In this document: in pieces, positions 10,816 through 22,651 of the stretch
Layout of the letters: each line of letters starts with the position of its first letter
Numbering within the stretch: the first letter of the stretch is position 1
Source: Ginkgo biloba
Taxonomy: Eukaryota; Plantae; Ginkgophyta
Assembly (NCBI GenBank): GCA_024626585.2
Contig: JANKJI020000002.1
Span: forward strand, 36,718,017-36,744,801
DNA: 26,785 bases
Reading direction: 5' to 3'
The notes under the pieces: model-generated
Seen by the model: the letters and a program-made list of their open reading frames with translations, nothing else
Told to the model about the DNA's origin: nothing
Databases searched by the model: none
Translations under genes and position numbers: made by a program

Positions 10816-12124
10816 TTGGGAGAGATACGCCCTACAATGCCAAAGTTAAGAAAGCCAATCCGTCCATCATGAAGCACCCACAAATTTCCTGCATGAACAT
10901 CTGCATGGAAGGTTTCACAGGATAGTAAACTCCCAAACCTGCAACAAGTTTGGCCTGTAGGTTAGTTCTTAAGTTCTCCAAAATATTTAAATTAGACAGC
11001 CCAGATGAATCATGTCCCTAATTAATAACTAACTCTAAATGAATTAGCAAATGCTTAGAAGTAAGTTCCTTTTTTTCCGAGCCTATTTCTCTAAGAATTC
11101 ATCCATACCAGACCAAAGACTAGAAGACTATATTCTAATTCTCCATTTCTAGGAATTCTTCTTCTCTGATGCCACAATAAATACTGCACCTAAATTCCCA
11201 AAAGAAATATGACGACTATATTCTAATTCAAGTGTCACAAGGTGTAAGCAGCATACCATACATTAAGTGCAGTTATCAAACTCGCCTCTGGACTACGAAC
11301 TAGTGATCGTATCGAATCCAAATCTGTAAGAGGAACACCATATAATCGCTCCATTGTTAATACTCTTTGATTGTTGCAGTGATAATAAACTTTTGGGGTT
11401 GTTGCTTGTCTTGTGAGCCCCATAGTTTCTAGGTATTTTCTGAAAGAGTCAATATTTGTAGCTTCCTTTTAAAATTCGACTTCTTCCCGCATTGATTGCT
11501 TTACGTCTCCAACAATACCTACGAGTGACGTATGACTGATTTGAGGATTTAGAAACTCCACTATCCTTGCAACCTCATACAAGAAATTCAGGTCTGCAAT
11601 AAAAAAATCCTCAATTCCTGGCTTTAGAACCTTGAACACCACTTCTTTTTGGGACCCTTTTAGCCTGGCACCATGTACCTCTGCAATTGAAGCTGAAGCA
11701 ATTGGTACTGGATCAATATACTCATATACATTTTCCAATGGTTGCATGAGTTCATCCCATATTATGGCTTCGATTTCTTGAAAAGGCACTGCAGGGGCCT
11801 TGTCAAAATCGTTTTGGAATTTTGTGACATAATCTGTTGGGAACAAATTTGAGGTTGAGGCTAGAAATTGGCCCATTTTGATATCGGTTGCACCCATACG
11901 TTCAAGCACTTGTCGTAAATAGACAGGATTGAGCAATCCAAGCTGTAGTGCACTGAAGGCATCCCTAGAAGTATTTGCAGTTATTGATACTTCTAACAAC
12001 CATTCGTTACCAATGGCCATAACTACTTGAATTCCTTGTGCTAATCGTATAGCTCCTCGTGGCCCAGTGTTGATAGAAGTTTGAAAAAGATCTCCAACCA
12101 ACTCAGGGAGTTTGTCCATCCTAT
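10816..12124 (-). pseudogene. ABC1K9: ABC1/AarF atypical kinase, ABC1K9 (At5g05200)-like; exons 12124-11257 and 10938-10816; 5' half of chimera
   Basis: QTSINTGPRG...ERMGATDIKMGQF...PIASASIAEVHGA...VVFKVLKPG...EEVEF*KEATNI...VLTMERLYGVPLTDLDSIRSLV...ITALNVW|FGSLLSCETFHADVHAGNLW...GFLNFGIVGRISP. One in-frame TAA at 11469-11471; lacks transit peptide and C-terminus. Confidence 0.93.
10939..11256 (-). other. 318-bp spliceosomal intron (phase 2)
   Basis: TG|GTATGC donor at 11256, CTAAC branch candidate at 10961-10965, TTGCAG|G acceptor at 10939. Removal restores ...ALNVW FGSLL... exactly. Confidence 0.9.
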
Positions 12125-12229
12125 CTGCAATAATGTCCACATGCTTAAAAAATCAATTAGGTTAGACCAACCATGTTCCAAAGTAAAACAACTTCATTCA
12201 CCTTAATGGAATTTAAATGTAGTACATAC
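12125..12229 (-). other. Putative 105-bp intron upstream of the ABC1K exon
   Basis: G|GTATGT donor-like site at 12229, CTAAC/CTAAT branch candidates at 12156-12165, TTGCAG acceptor at 12125 exactly where kinase homology begins. Confidence 0.55.
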
Positions 12230-12661
12230 CAAGAAATTCCTATAAGTAGCGCAATGTTACATAATATAAGGGCCAAATAATGATGTTACATTCATTACAT
12301 TTAAATTTGCATTATAATTAGAATTACAATTGACAAGATGAGTAACAAATATAAATGTATTTCACTCTCCTTCCCATCAAACTATGCACAAATGGGAGAT
12401 TGTGCCTTGGGTGATTTGATTGGCAACATGATCGAGGGAGGGAAGGATATGAGGAGGGATCTCCCTCCCACCAAATTGTGCTCTCTCCTTGTTTTCATCC
12501 ACACTTATCTCCTTAAATCGATATCATAAGGTATTCAATTTCTCCCCCTTGATTGGATAATGAAGCTAGTGTTTTCTCTACAATCAAGGGCTCTAGATTC
12601 ACCGAGGTCTCTTCTCTATTACACGACGGTAGACTAAGCTTCTCAACAAGGTCCTAAATTA

Positions 12662-12678
12662 GAATGATGTTTTATAGG
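12662..12678 (-). promoter_or_regulatory. LTR-type TATA box facing the chimeric gene
   Basis: CCTATAAAACATCATTC resembles CTATAAAAGGGCCATCATTC in the LTR at 20401. Confidence 0.35.
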
Positions 12679-14246
12679 TTTGAATATGCGACCAAATCCA
12701 CAAGGGACCAACAAAGTAAATGAACCAACAAAAAATTTGGAAATCTATGGGAGTATTGTTGATTGAAACAAGGTTAGGAAAATCTTATATATCCGTCCTT
12801 TTTCACTCCGTAAAACCTCCCATGCTCTAGTATAGAACATGCATAATTTGCGGTTAATGACTAATCCAAAAGCATAGAGATTGATTTTAACCCTAAGAAA
12901 ATCATCCAATATAAATNNNNNNNNNNNNNNNNNNNNNNNNNNNNNNNNNNNNNNNNNNNNNNNNNNNNNNNNNNNNNNNNNNNNNNNNNNNNNNNNNNNN
13001 NNNNNNNNNNNNNNNNACACTTGGAAGATATGCAGTTTAGGTTTATTATTATATAAGGAGGTTTTAGAGAGCTTAGGGATCATCTTGAGCTATTGTAATA
13101 ATATTATCAAGTACATTGTGGTGTTTCTCTTTTAGTCTCCTTCTATAATTAGTTACTTTTCTATTAATAAAGCTTGGTTTGATCATATTTTGGCATATTT
13201 TGTGCATTTCCTTCTTTGCAAATAGGATTCAGTTTGTTCCACCCACCTTCACCTAACATTTTCATACCAATCACATTATTATTCACAACTATTATAACAC
13301 TTGTGTTTCTTCTACCAAATGGATTTGGAAATGAGTAAGTGTGTAATTTTTTATTTGTTAATGATTCCAAGTGTATCCCTTGAATCTTTTCAATTCCATA
13401 TCCTATCCTACATGCATATGGTGAGATTAGTACTAATTTATTGCCAACCACTTAAGTGCTATGTCTAAATTCCTAAATATTTTATGTGCTTGTCTTTATA
13501 GAATTTGTTTAGCTTGTAAATTCATCAAGGACATAATTAATCTATTTAAAATCCAATATCATGCCATAATCATTTTTATCTAATTCACTGAGTTGGTGAT
13601 CAATACACTATTCCATAACAATTTTCTTAACATAAGGCTTAAGTTCCTCTAGAGACATCAATTGATAAATAATAAATGTTGCTTAATCATCATACTCTTC
13701 TTTAGTAAATTTCAATTAGTGAGCTAAAAAATCACCTGCTTTACTATTCTTATATTTTTCTTCTCCATTCTATGTCCTCATATAATCATATACTTTTCTT
13801 TTCTCATTTCACTAACCTTTAAGTACCTCCCTTCGCCTATCTTGAAGTCTTTTATGACCTTATTTATCAATACTACTCTTGTGTCTTTATCCCCTTCTTT
13901 CATTTGCCACATGCAATGAGAATATGTCTTATACCATTTCACCCATGGATACTCTTATCTCTTCCAAGAGGTTATTTATATATTCCTCTATTAATAAAGA
14001 AATTTTAATTCTTAAATTATCATCCATATGAGTGTTGGAGAATGATTCCATTATTAGTGTTCACCCACAAGGCCAAGAGTGTGGCTATCATACCATTGTT
14101 ATTTTCCAAACTAGTTACAACTAATACAACTGAAGGAAAATAAACTNNNNNNNNNNNNNNNNNNNNNNNNNNNNNNNNNNNNNNNNNNNNNNNNNNNNNN
14201 NNNNNNNNNNNNNNNNNNNNNNNNNNNNNNNNNNNNNNNNNNNNNN

Positions 14247-14325
14247 AGGAAGTCATTTACATATTAAGTGTAGATACAAAAGGTAAGTCACTTTCATATT
14301 AGGTATAGGTGAAGTCACTTACAAT
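14247..14325. repeat. AAGTCACTT-motif short tandem repeat
   Basis: AAGTCATTT/AAGTCACTT three times; same motif as 25115-25290. Confidence 0.55.
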
Positions 14326-14489
14326 CAAAGTTTTCATCTAGATCAAATATCTACCACATTTAAATGTAAACACACTAGGATAGACCCTAGATATGTTAGT
14401 CTTATTTTAATATTTAGGCTATTTTATTCAATTGATATCCCCGACAGTTAACAATTGTCAACATATGATTAGTGTATAATAAATTAATT

Positions 14490-15763
14490 ATATTCTTTTG
14501 TCTCTTTGATACCAATTCAAACATGCCTATTATAAGTGTACTTAGAACAAACTTCTAGAATGGAAAACCATTAACCTTGCTAGCATCAACAGGTTATGGT
14601 GGAATCAATTTAGTCTTCTCAAACATCTTGTAGGAATAAAGGATATATATTAAGTACATAAATCTCTTTAGGATGCAACATTTAAAATTTTTTATAGAGG
14701 AAAATTAATAAGTATCCACCTATCTTTAAGATATAACACATTAAACCTCAATCAATGAGAATTGATGTGCAAATGACTCGTATTTTTATTATTGTACTAC
14801 CTCTAATAAGGCCTCTAATAATTATTATAGAGGATGATACAAATGAACAAAAGAATAAATAGGGATTTATTAAGAATATACTCGCATACACCAATCAAAT
14901 AATAAAATGGGAGGTCTACATATGTAGTGTAATTATAGGGTATTTCTATTTGGTACAAAAGGTTCATGTCATTAATAACAAACTTATTGTTAAAATATTA
15001 CAACCACAAAGCCTTAATGAAATTTTTTATTTTGAAATTATTAGATTATATTATACAGATTGAAGTAATTAAAAATACTATAGCTATAGAAAATGTTAAA
15101 ATAGTGTATTATTTATTAATACTAATATGAAAATCTAAATTTTAGTCTATTTTAATATTATATCCATTAAGAAAATTATGTATGAAATTAATTCCATATT
15201 AAATTATTTTTATGGCCAAGTTAAAGATAAAAAATTAGGGAATGAATTCCTTTATGCTCTTACTTTAGGGATTCCATTACCATATGCATTATCATTATGG
15301 GTTGGAATGATACCTCCATTCATCTTTTTTATATCTTAATGTAATACTAAAAATAGTTCTTTATTTCCATTAATCTTGTTTAAATCCAATAATGTTATTT
15401 TTGAAAAGAGAGAAACAAAATTTCATCGCTCTCATATTATTATGATTTTATATTCTTTGATCACTTGTGTTTTGTACACTCATTAATTTAGGTGTAGCAC
15501 TTTAGGTGTAATCTCCATAAGGAGGAATGAAAGAAGACAAGTATTTCTACCAATAATATGGTTATTTTAGGTTTAGTTTGTTATATTGTGTAGACACAAT
15601 ATTTCAATCAATATTCCAACTCCATTTTACAACTTAAAACTTACTACATCACATGATTCAATGTATTAATATATGAAGATTTATACGTTGTAGATCAACA
15701 ACCATTGTTATCAAGGATTGACAACCACACATTTCTCATGATGCATGAAAGAACTCAAATGTT
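14490..15763 (+). repeat. ~1.27-kb dispersed repeat, copy 2
   Basis: Direct repeat of 6572-7843; similarity stops where a TGTTGA-starting element begins at 15760. Confidence 0.92.
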
Positions 15764-16084
15764 GACTGAAATTCCATCCTAACCATGAGGGGGATAGAAA
15801 ATGGTTTTATAAAGGTCTAAGATTGTAAGGAGGTTATGACCATAAGGAATCCATTGAAGAGATTTTACTATATTGGGTCTTTCTCATCCTAGCTCATATA
15901 TATATTATTACTTAATTAATATTGAGTTAATAAAGTATCTTATCTAATTATCTTTAGGCTAATTCGAGTTAGTGAATGTGCAAAGGAATATTATTATTAT
16001 TAATATGGAATTTAAAAGACATTGGCTAAAACATGTGACTTTATTAGAGGTTGAAGGGAATAATGCATGGAATATCTCCCAAGG
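15760..16084 (+). mobile_element. LTR-like family X, copy A (5' part, cut by gap)
   Basis: Starts TGTTGA; aligns in reverse complement to 18156-18483 (shared GTTAGTGAATGTGCAAAGG, TTATTAGAGGTTGAAGGGAATA, GCATGGAATATCTCCCAAGG). Confidence 0.75.
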
Positions 16085-16184
16085 NNNNNNNNNNNNNNNN
16101 NNNNNNNNNNNNNNNNNNNNNNNNNNNNNNNNNNNNNNNNNNNNNNNNNNNNNNNNNNNNNNNNNNNNNNNNNNNNNNNNNNNN

Positions 16185-16900
16185 ATTTTTCCTCAAATAA
16201 CATTTATCCATATTATCATGAATGTAATGATTTAATGATACTCTAAAATAGAATGAAAATGATGAAAATTCTCCTTCTAATTATTTCTAAAAGTCAATAT
16301 GTCATCAACATAAAGTACTACAAACTCATCCAAAAAAAGGTGAAGAATGTCATTCATCATACTCATGAAGGTGGATAGAGTATTATTTAATATAAATGGA
16401 AATACAANNNNNNNNNNNNNNNNNNNNNNTATATTTTGAAGGCAGTCTTCCACACATCTTCTAGCTTCACTCAAACCCGGTGATAGTTTCATTATAGATC
16501 AATCTTAGTAAAATACCATGCTCCCTACAACTAGTCAATTAAATCATCAAACTATGATAGTGAATAGAAATTATTAATAATAATTTTACTTAATGTATAA
16601 TATTTAATGTATAATATCCATGATATATCATTCTCAAGGACTATAATATTAGGATATCCATATGGTTCTAAAATATCNNNNNNNNNNNNNNNNNNNNNNN
16701 NNNNNNNNNCCATCCTCAATCAACTAGTGAATCTACCTTTTTAAATATATTAACTCAAGTATAGAGGTATTATATAAAGGATTATTGGGAAAACTTTAAG
16801 GAGGAAATAGGTATATGTGGCACATTATATCTCTCATTAGAGGAAATCCCTTCAGTTTCTCAAAAATATTTGAACAAGAATCGAACAACCCACTAAATGA
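16185..16900 (-). mobile_element. Decayed Ty3/gypsy pol (linker plus RT)
   Basis: IFEKLKGFPLMR...FDDLID*L*GAWYFTKIDL**NYHRV*VKLEDVWKTAFK...STFMSMMNDILHLFLDEFVVLYVDDILTF. Confidence 0.9.
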
Positions 16901-17260
16901 TGCATCCACATGGTATTTGGAGGGTTTTCACAAGTATGCAAAAGCATGATTAAAAATCCAAGGGGTTAATATTATTTATTAAACCCTTGTATTATTTTTT
17001 ATCTGGAATAAATCTCTCTAGTCAAACTATATATTCAAAAATTTATTCATAGTTGATTTTCTTAATACTATATAAGTGTGCATGGTTATAGAGAATACTA
17101 TATAAGTGCACGCTCTTAGAGTGTACAGATCCACGATACCATATTAGTGATATGCATAAATGCAATGAAGTATGTAGAAGCATAGTAAAGATTGTAACTC
17201 ACCAAAAATACAAATCAAGAACCCAAAGAATTGAATTCTTGCATGCAACCAAAAGATATG

Positions 17261-17762
17261 ATTTATACTTGTCCTATAAACCTATCAAATCATGTACAAG
17301 ATATCCTACTTAATATTCTATGCACTTATGGAGATTTAAAATCTAAGCTCTATAACCATTAAACTAGATTCTAAGATAAATTTAAGACAATAAACCATTC
17401 ACAAATATTTTGTACAAATAACCAAACTCTCTTAGTTCCACTTGTAAATTATAATTCAATAATACAATATGTTTTCAATAAGTGTGTGTGAGGAGGAACC
17501 CAATGTCCTTTTATGAGAGGATCCTTCATTACATTTAGTAGATTCCCTTGGGATATATTATATTTAATATTCCCTTCAACCTCTAATAACCTCACATGTT
17601 TTATTCAATGTCTATTAAAGGTCATATCAATAATAGTAATATGCCTTCGCACATTCACTAACTAGAATTAGCCTAAAGTTAATTAATAAAGTAATAAGAG
17701 AGATATGTGAGTTAGGAAGAGAAATACCTAATCTAGTAAGAACTCCTTCAATGGTTTTTCTT
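17261..17762 (-). mobile_element. LTR-like family X, copy C
   Basis: Direct repeat of 17863-18400 (e.g. AAACTAGATTCTAAGATAAAT, TATTCCCTTCAACCTCTAATAACCTCA). Confidence 0.8.
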
Positions 17763-17862
17763 NNNNNNNNNNNNNNNNNNNNNNNNNNNNNNNNNNNNNN
17801 NNNNNNNNNNNNNNNNNNNNNNNNNNNNNNNNNNNNNNNNNNNNNNNNNNNNNNNNNNNNNN

Positions 17863-18483
17863 ATCTGTACTTTTTATATGAACCTATCAAATCACCTACA
17901 ATATATCCTACTTGATATTCTATGCTCTTATGGATATTTTTAATCTAAGATCTATCACCATCAAACTAGATTCTAAGATAAATTAAAGACAATAAACCAT
18001 TCATAAATATTTTGGACAAATAACCACACTCTCTTAATTCCACTTATAATTCAAGAATGTAAGAATTTGCTAAGAAGTGTGTATGAGGATGAACACAAGT
18101 TCCTTTCATGAGAGGAATCCTTGGTTACATTTAGTATATTTNNNNNNNNNNNNNNTTCCTTGGGAGATATTCCATGCAATATTCCCTTCAACCTCTAATA
18201 ACCTCATATGCTTTAGTCAATTTCTATTAAAGGGCATATCAATAATAGTAATATGCCTTTGCACATTCACTAACTAGAATTAGTTTAAAGTTAATTAATA
18301 AAGATAATTTATTAACTCATTACTTAATAAATTAATAAGAAATATGTATGAGCTAGGAAGAGAAAGACCTAATATGGTAAGAAATCTTCAATGGTTTCAC
18401 TTTGGTCATATCCCCTTAATAAGATAGAATCTCATAGAACCATGTCCTAGCACCCTCCTAGTTAGGATGGAACATCACTAATC
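17863..18483 (-). mobile_element. LTR-like family X, copy B
   Basis: Homologous to copy C (direct) and copy A (inverted). Confidence 0.8.
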
Positions 18484-18639
18484 TTTATATGTTGTTACTC
18501 CTCTTCACCTAACTACATACTAGATAAACATTCTATAAAACCATAATGTGGTTTGATAAGAAGAAGATTGAATTGAAGATCCATGTTAGCAAGATTTTTG
18601 TCTTGTTTAGGAGAGACCAATGGAATAGAACCATATCTA

Positions 18640-18895
18640 TAATGAAGGCTATAGACATTACCATCCTTTTATAAATTATAAGTGTTGGTTTTTCTATCAT
18701 ATGATGCATGGTGATCAAACTAAAATAGTATTCCAAATAACAAGTCATAATAGTCTATGGTACTATATCACATGTCACCTCATATATATATAATGATGTA
18801 TGGTAAATCAAACTATGCAAATAAAATTCATATAACTACGAGTACCACTAGTAGTAACCCAAACAAGGGTGTATGGAGAAGGATGTAATCATATA
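18640..18895 (-). mobile_element. Decayed Ty3/gypsy protease C-terminal half
   Basis: LHPSPYTLVWV...YEVTCDIVP, frameshift, DYYDLLFGILF*FDHHASYDRKTNTYNL*KDG. Confidence 0.75.
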
Positions 18896-19051
18896 GAAAG
18901 CTAAATATCATGAACAAGTTCTTCATGCTTCCATTGTTAAGTGTAGTTTGCTAATGGGGAACTACTTAATAATATTAACAAAATTAATAGTTTAATAATA
19001 TAAAATATATATTTAATTAAATAATGTTAAATATTATAAATTAGAGAGGTT

Positions 19052-20767
19052 TGTGGGGCACCTTATATACATGTTTGACCATCTCTTTAGCAGCNNNNNN
19101 NNNNNNNNNNNNNNNNNNNNNNNNNNNNNNNNNNNNNNNNNNNNNNNNNNNNNNNNNNNNNNNNNNNNNNNNNNNNNNNNNNNNNNNNNNNNNNATTTAT
19201 TATATTTTATATTTATTTATGGTCATGTTTATCATTATTTTTTATTATTTACTAATAGAAATTGTTTAGGTCTCTACAAGTGGTATCAATGCTAAGTTCT
19301 AAGTTCTTAATGAGGTACAACTAAAGTCTAATCAATTTTGTGTTTAATAAGGAAAAAATCATTGAACCATTTTACATATTCTAAAATGTCATATTGAGCT
19401 ATGAATTTTTTTTTTAAATGTTTAATTTTGAGTTTGGATTCTTTTAAACATNNNNNNNNNNNNNNNNNGAAGTTAGACTAAAAATTATCCATTTTGGATT
19501 TATTTGAAAAATATTTTTTAAAACATAGATGTTTTAACAAATACTTTAGTGAAATTTGTATAAAAAAAGTATATGGTTATAAAGTAGACATCAATCCATG
19601 AATTTTCAAAAAATAAATTGAGTTAATTCAGGTTCAAAGAGAAACTAGAAATCTTAATATAAGTTTATCTATGGTTTTTTATCCTTCTATAAGGCAATGA
19701 CTATAATTATAAATTTACACTAGTAAATTCATAAATTTCTTTAAAAAAAGTTAGAGATTCAAAAATTTAAATTATCCTACCAAAATTCATATAAATACCA
19801 TCAAATAAGCCACTATATGATCCTTAAATAACTCTCAAAAGATAGTGCAAATTTTGGAGCTACATATAGGGTTTCTACCAATAGTGTATGAATTAGATAT
19901 GCTTTTTCTTATTTTTCTTTTAAATTTTTATAATTTTTTTCTACAATTAAATTCTAGTCTATTATAGTGAATTAAAAGAAAATTCGAGCTGAATAATCCT
20001 TGGAAAGATTTGGTAATGCTACAATCAAGTTTAGGTATGATTTAAGGCCTTTAAGTTAAACTTGTAAGGGTAAGAGTATTAATGGAAGAAGTTGCAAGAA
20101 GAAAATAACACATGGGATACATAAATATTTATACAAATCCACCATATTTATAAATTCTTTAAGGGTAAAACATAATGAGAAGGGGGGATATGTTGTGTCC
20201 TTAAGACATAATTAGGACCTATAAGGAGCTAACTAAGAAACTAAAGTGAAGAGCATAAGGATCCTTAAGTGGCTTCATTTAGACTCTCAAAGGAGATAGA
20301 ATAGGGGTGCTCAAGTTCTTAATATTAAGGGATATTTTTGGATCTAAACAACATCCTCGACCAACATAGTAAAAGATCAAGGTAATTTTTAATGTTTGGG
20401 CTATAAAAGGGCCATCATTCATCTCATTTTAGTATCATCAATTCATTAGAATATTTTACTTTCCTTCTTTGGAAGAATACATATTCAAGAAGAAGGTTCT
20501 TCTAACTTGTTCTCTTATGGATCGTAAGTGCCNNNNNNNNNNNNNNNNNNNNNNNNNNNNNNNNNNNNNNNNNNNNNNNNNNNNNNNNNNNNNNNACATT
20601 CTATTATTATCTCTCTATATTTCTCTATCTTGATGATTTTTATTATCTCTTTTATAACTAAGTATGATATAAATCCATGATTATTTATTATATAATTTAT
20701 TATTTATTTATGGAAATCTATTGTTATTTTTAATTCTTTAGTAGTATAACCTATTTGGGTCACTACA
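19052..20767 (+). mobile_element. Small non-autonomous LTR element (LTR-PBS-noncoding-PPT-LTR)
   Basis: 5' LTR ends GGTCTCTACA (19278); PBS TGGTATCAATGC at 19281; PPT GAGAAGGGGGGATA 20177-20190; 3' LTR TGTTG at 20191 with TATA at 20402, ending GGTCACTACA (20767). The last ~85 bp of the two LTRs align; the 5' start at 19052 is tentative. Confidence 0.7.
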
Positions 20768-22439
20768 CTATTAGTAAATCTTATTTTTATAAAATTTATA
20801 AAAAAGNNNNNNNNNNNNNNNNNNNNNNNNNNNNNNNNNNNNNNNNNNNNNNNNNNNNNNNNNNNNNNNNNNNNNNNNNNNNNNNNNNNNNTAATTATGA
20901 TAAGATATTATTTAAACATTACTTTATAACTCATTAGTAGCATCTTAATTATATCCTATTTTATTATAATTAATTTTACTTTAAAAACTATTAATTTAAC
21001 CATAGTTATAATTAATCCAATAATTATTAAGTATTGATTTAGATATAGTAATGTTTGAATCCAACTAGTGTTAAGTATTGGATTGGTTAGATTAATGCCT
21101 TTTTTAATATAGCATATATAAATTTACTGTACCTTCCCAAAGGAAGGAATGTTGAATTCACATGTTTTGACTGAATTATTTCAATGGCATATCACTAATT
21201 ATAAGTATATCTCTAAGGGGAAGGTACTCATCACTACATGTATATTGTTATTAATCTTATTATCCTTAATAATTGAGTCAACCATATGTAATCACTAACT
21301 TGACCATAGTTAATTATTAGTTAAGCATGATTAAGTATGGGTTTATTCATATAAATTTCTATTTTTGGATTTAGGTTTTATATATGTTACTCTATAAATT
21401 TCTCTCTCTCTCATCATATATTTGAATGNNNNNNNNNNNNNNNNNNNNNNNNNNNNNNNNNNNNNNNNNNNNNNNNNNNNNNNNNNNNNNNNNNNNNNNN
21501 NNNNNNNNNNNNNNNNNNNNNNNNNNNNTATTACAAGTTCTCTTTATATCTTAAAATTCATATTATTTGGGATAAATCTATATTTATCCATTACCAAATA
21601 ATTTAATTGGTATTGTTGATTAGTTATTCATTGTTGTATATGTGACCATATAGATCGATGATAAAAATATTTAATAATTTATAACTCTTAATTGAGTTAC
21701 CCACGAATAATCATTACATTAGAATCTTAGATTGATATCTTTAAAGCAAGTAGCATCTCATCCAGTTAGTATTACCTATCAAATGGGAGTAAAATCAAAT
21801 ATTTAATATGATATTGATGTACCTCTTAGTTTTTTGTCAAGTTTTCTTTCATCTTTATGATGTTTTCTACTATGAATAACTATAGTGAGGACTTTCCTTA
21901 TTTTTACTCTTTTGCATTTGCTTTGGTGATCATATGTCGTTCATTAACTAGTTTATCGCATTTATATTATGTCTCCTTAAGTGTAGGCTCTTCTTTATCT
22001 ATCCTTTTAAGAATATTGTTGCATTCTATACTTTTTTCTCGGTCCCTTATTTGGTCCTTCCATACTTTATCCATATTCAATTGATGTTGATTTACTTAAT
22101 GGGTTCTTACATGCTCCTAAGGCTTCATCAATATCATTTCCAAATAATTATTCGAAGATATTTTCTCCTAAGATAAATTTTTCATTTTTCTCTTTTGATA
22201 TCCATTTTTTGATTTCATCTTATAATGAGAGTATCTTGATATGGATTTTTTATACTTGATAGTTAGTTATATTATGTTCCTTTGTTATTGTCCATAGTAT
22301 TGTGAACATCAACTATGCTCTTTCCTTTAAGCAATTTCAATTAGTTTAACAGCTTCAAAACTGGTTGTATTCTCCTATCAATTGTTGCCCTTGTCTAATG
22401 TTATTCTCTATTATTTTAATCATATATTTTATTCATAAG

Positions 22440-22651
22440 TTTGTTTAAATAAGAAAGAGAGGTTAATTAAATATGATTGGATGTCAAGACATCAATAAAG
22501 GATTAGAGAGGCATGAATCTACCTACTAAACACAATAAAATTGATGATGATATTAAAACTTAAGTGGTACAATCCCATCATATTGAGATAATGATCAAAA
22601 TAATAATGATATAGTGATAAAATAAAAATAAAATAACAATTGATATCAACA
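22440..22651 (-). mobile_element. Possible LTR start inserted into the LINE
   Basis: LINE homology stops at a TGTTGATATC boundary (22651); distal end not defined. Confidence 0.4.

Noticed and set aside
10654-10872. 72-aa plus-strand Gly/Ser-rich ORF
   Set aside because: Antisense shadow of the ABC1K-TrpB2 coding frame.
9226-11041. Shared 15-mer AACTAACTCTAAATG in the LTR tandem block and in the ABC1K intron
   Set aside because: Low-complexity motif with no flanking similarity; probably coincidental.
11126-11229. 16-bp direct repeat GACTATATTCTAATTC inside the intron
   Set aside because: Small local duplication with no terminal inverted repeats or other element features.
11469-12140. 223-aa ORF as a functional stand-alone gene
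   Set aside because: Non-ATG start inside probable intron sequence, and a premature stop before the catalytic loop.
17064-17121. Two-unit ~30-bp tandem repeat (AATACTATATAAGTG)
   Set aside because: Ordinary slippage duplication.
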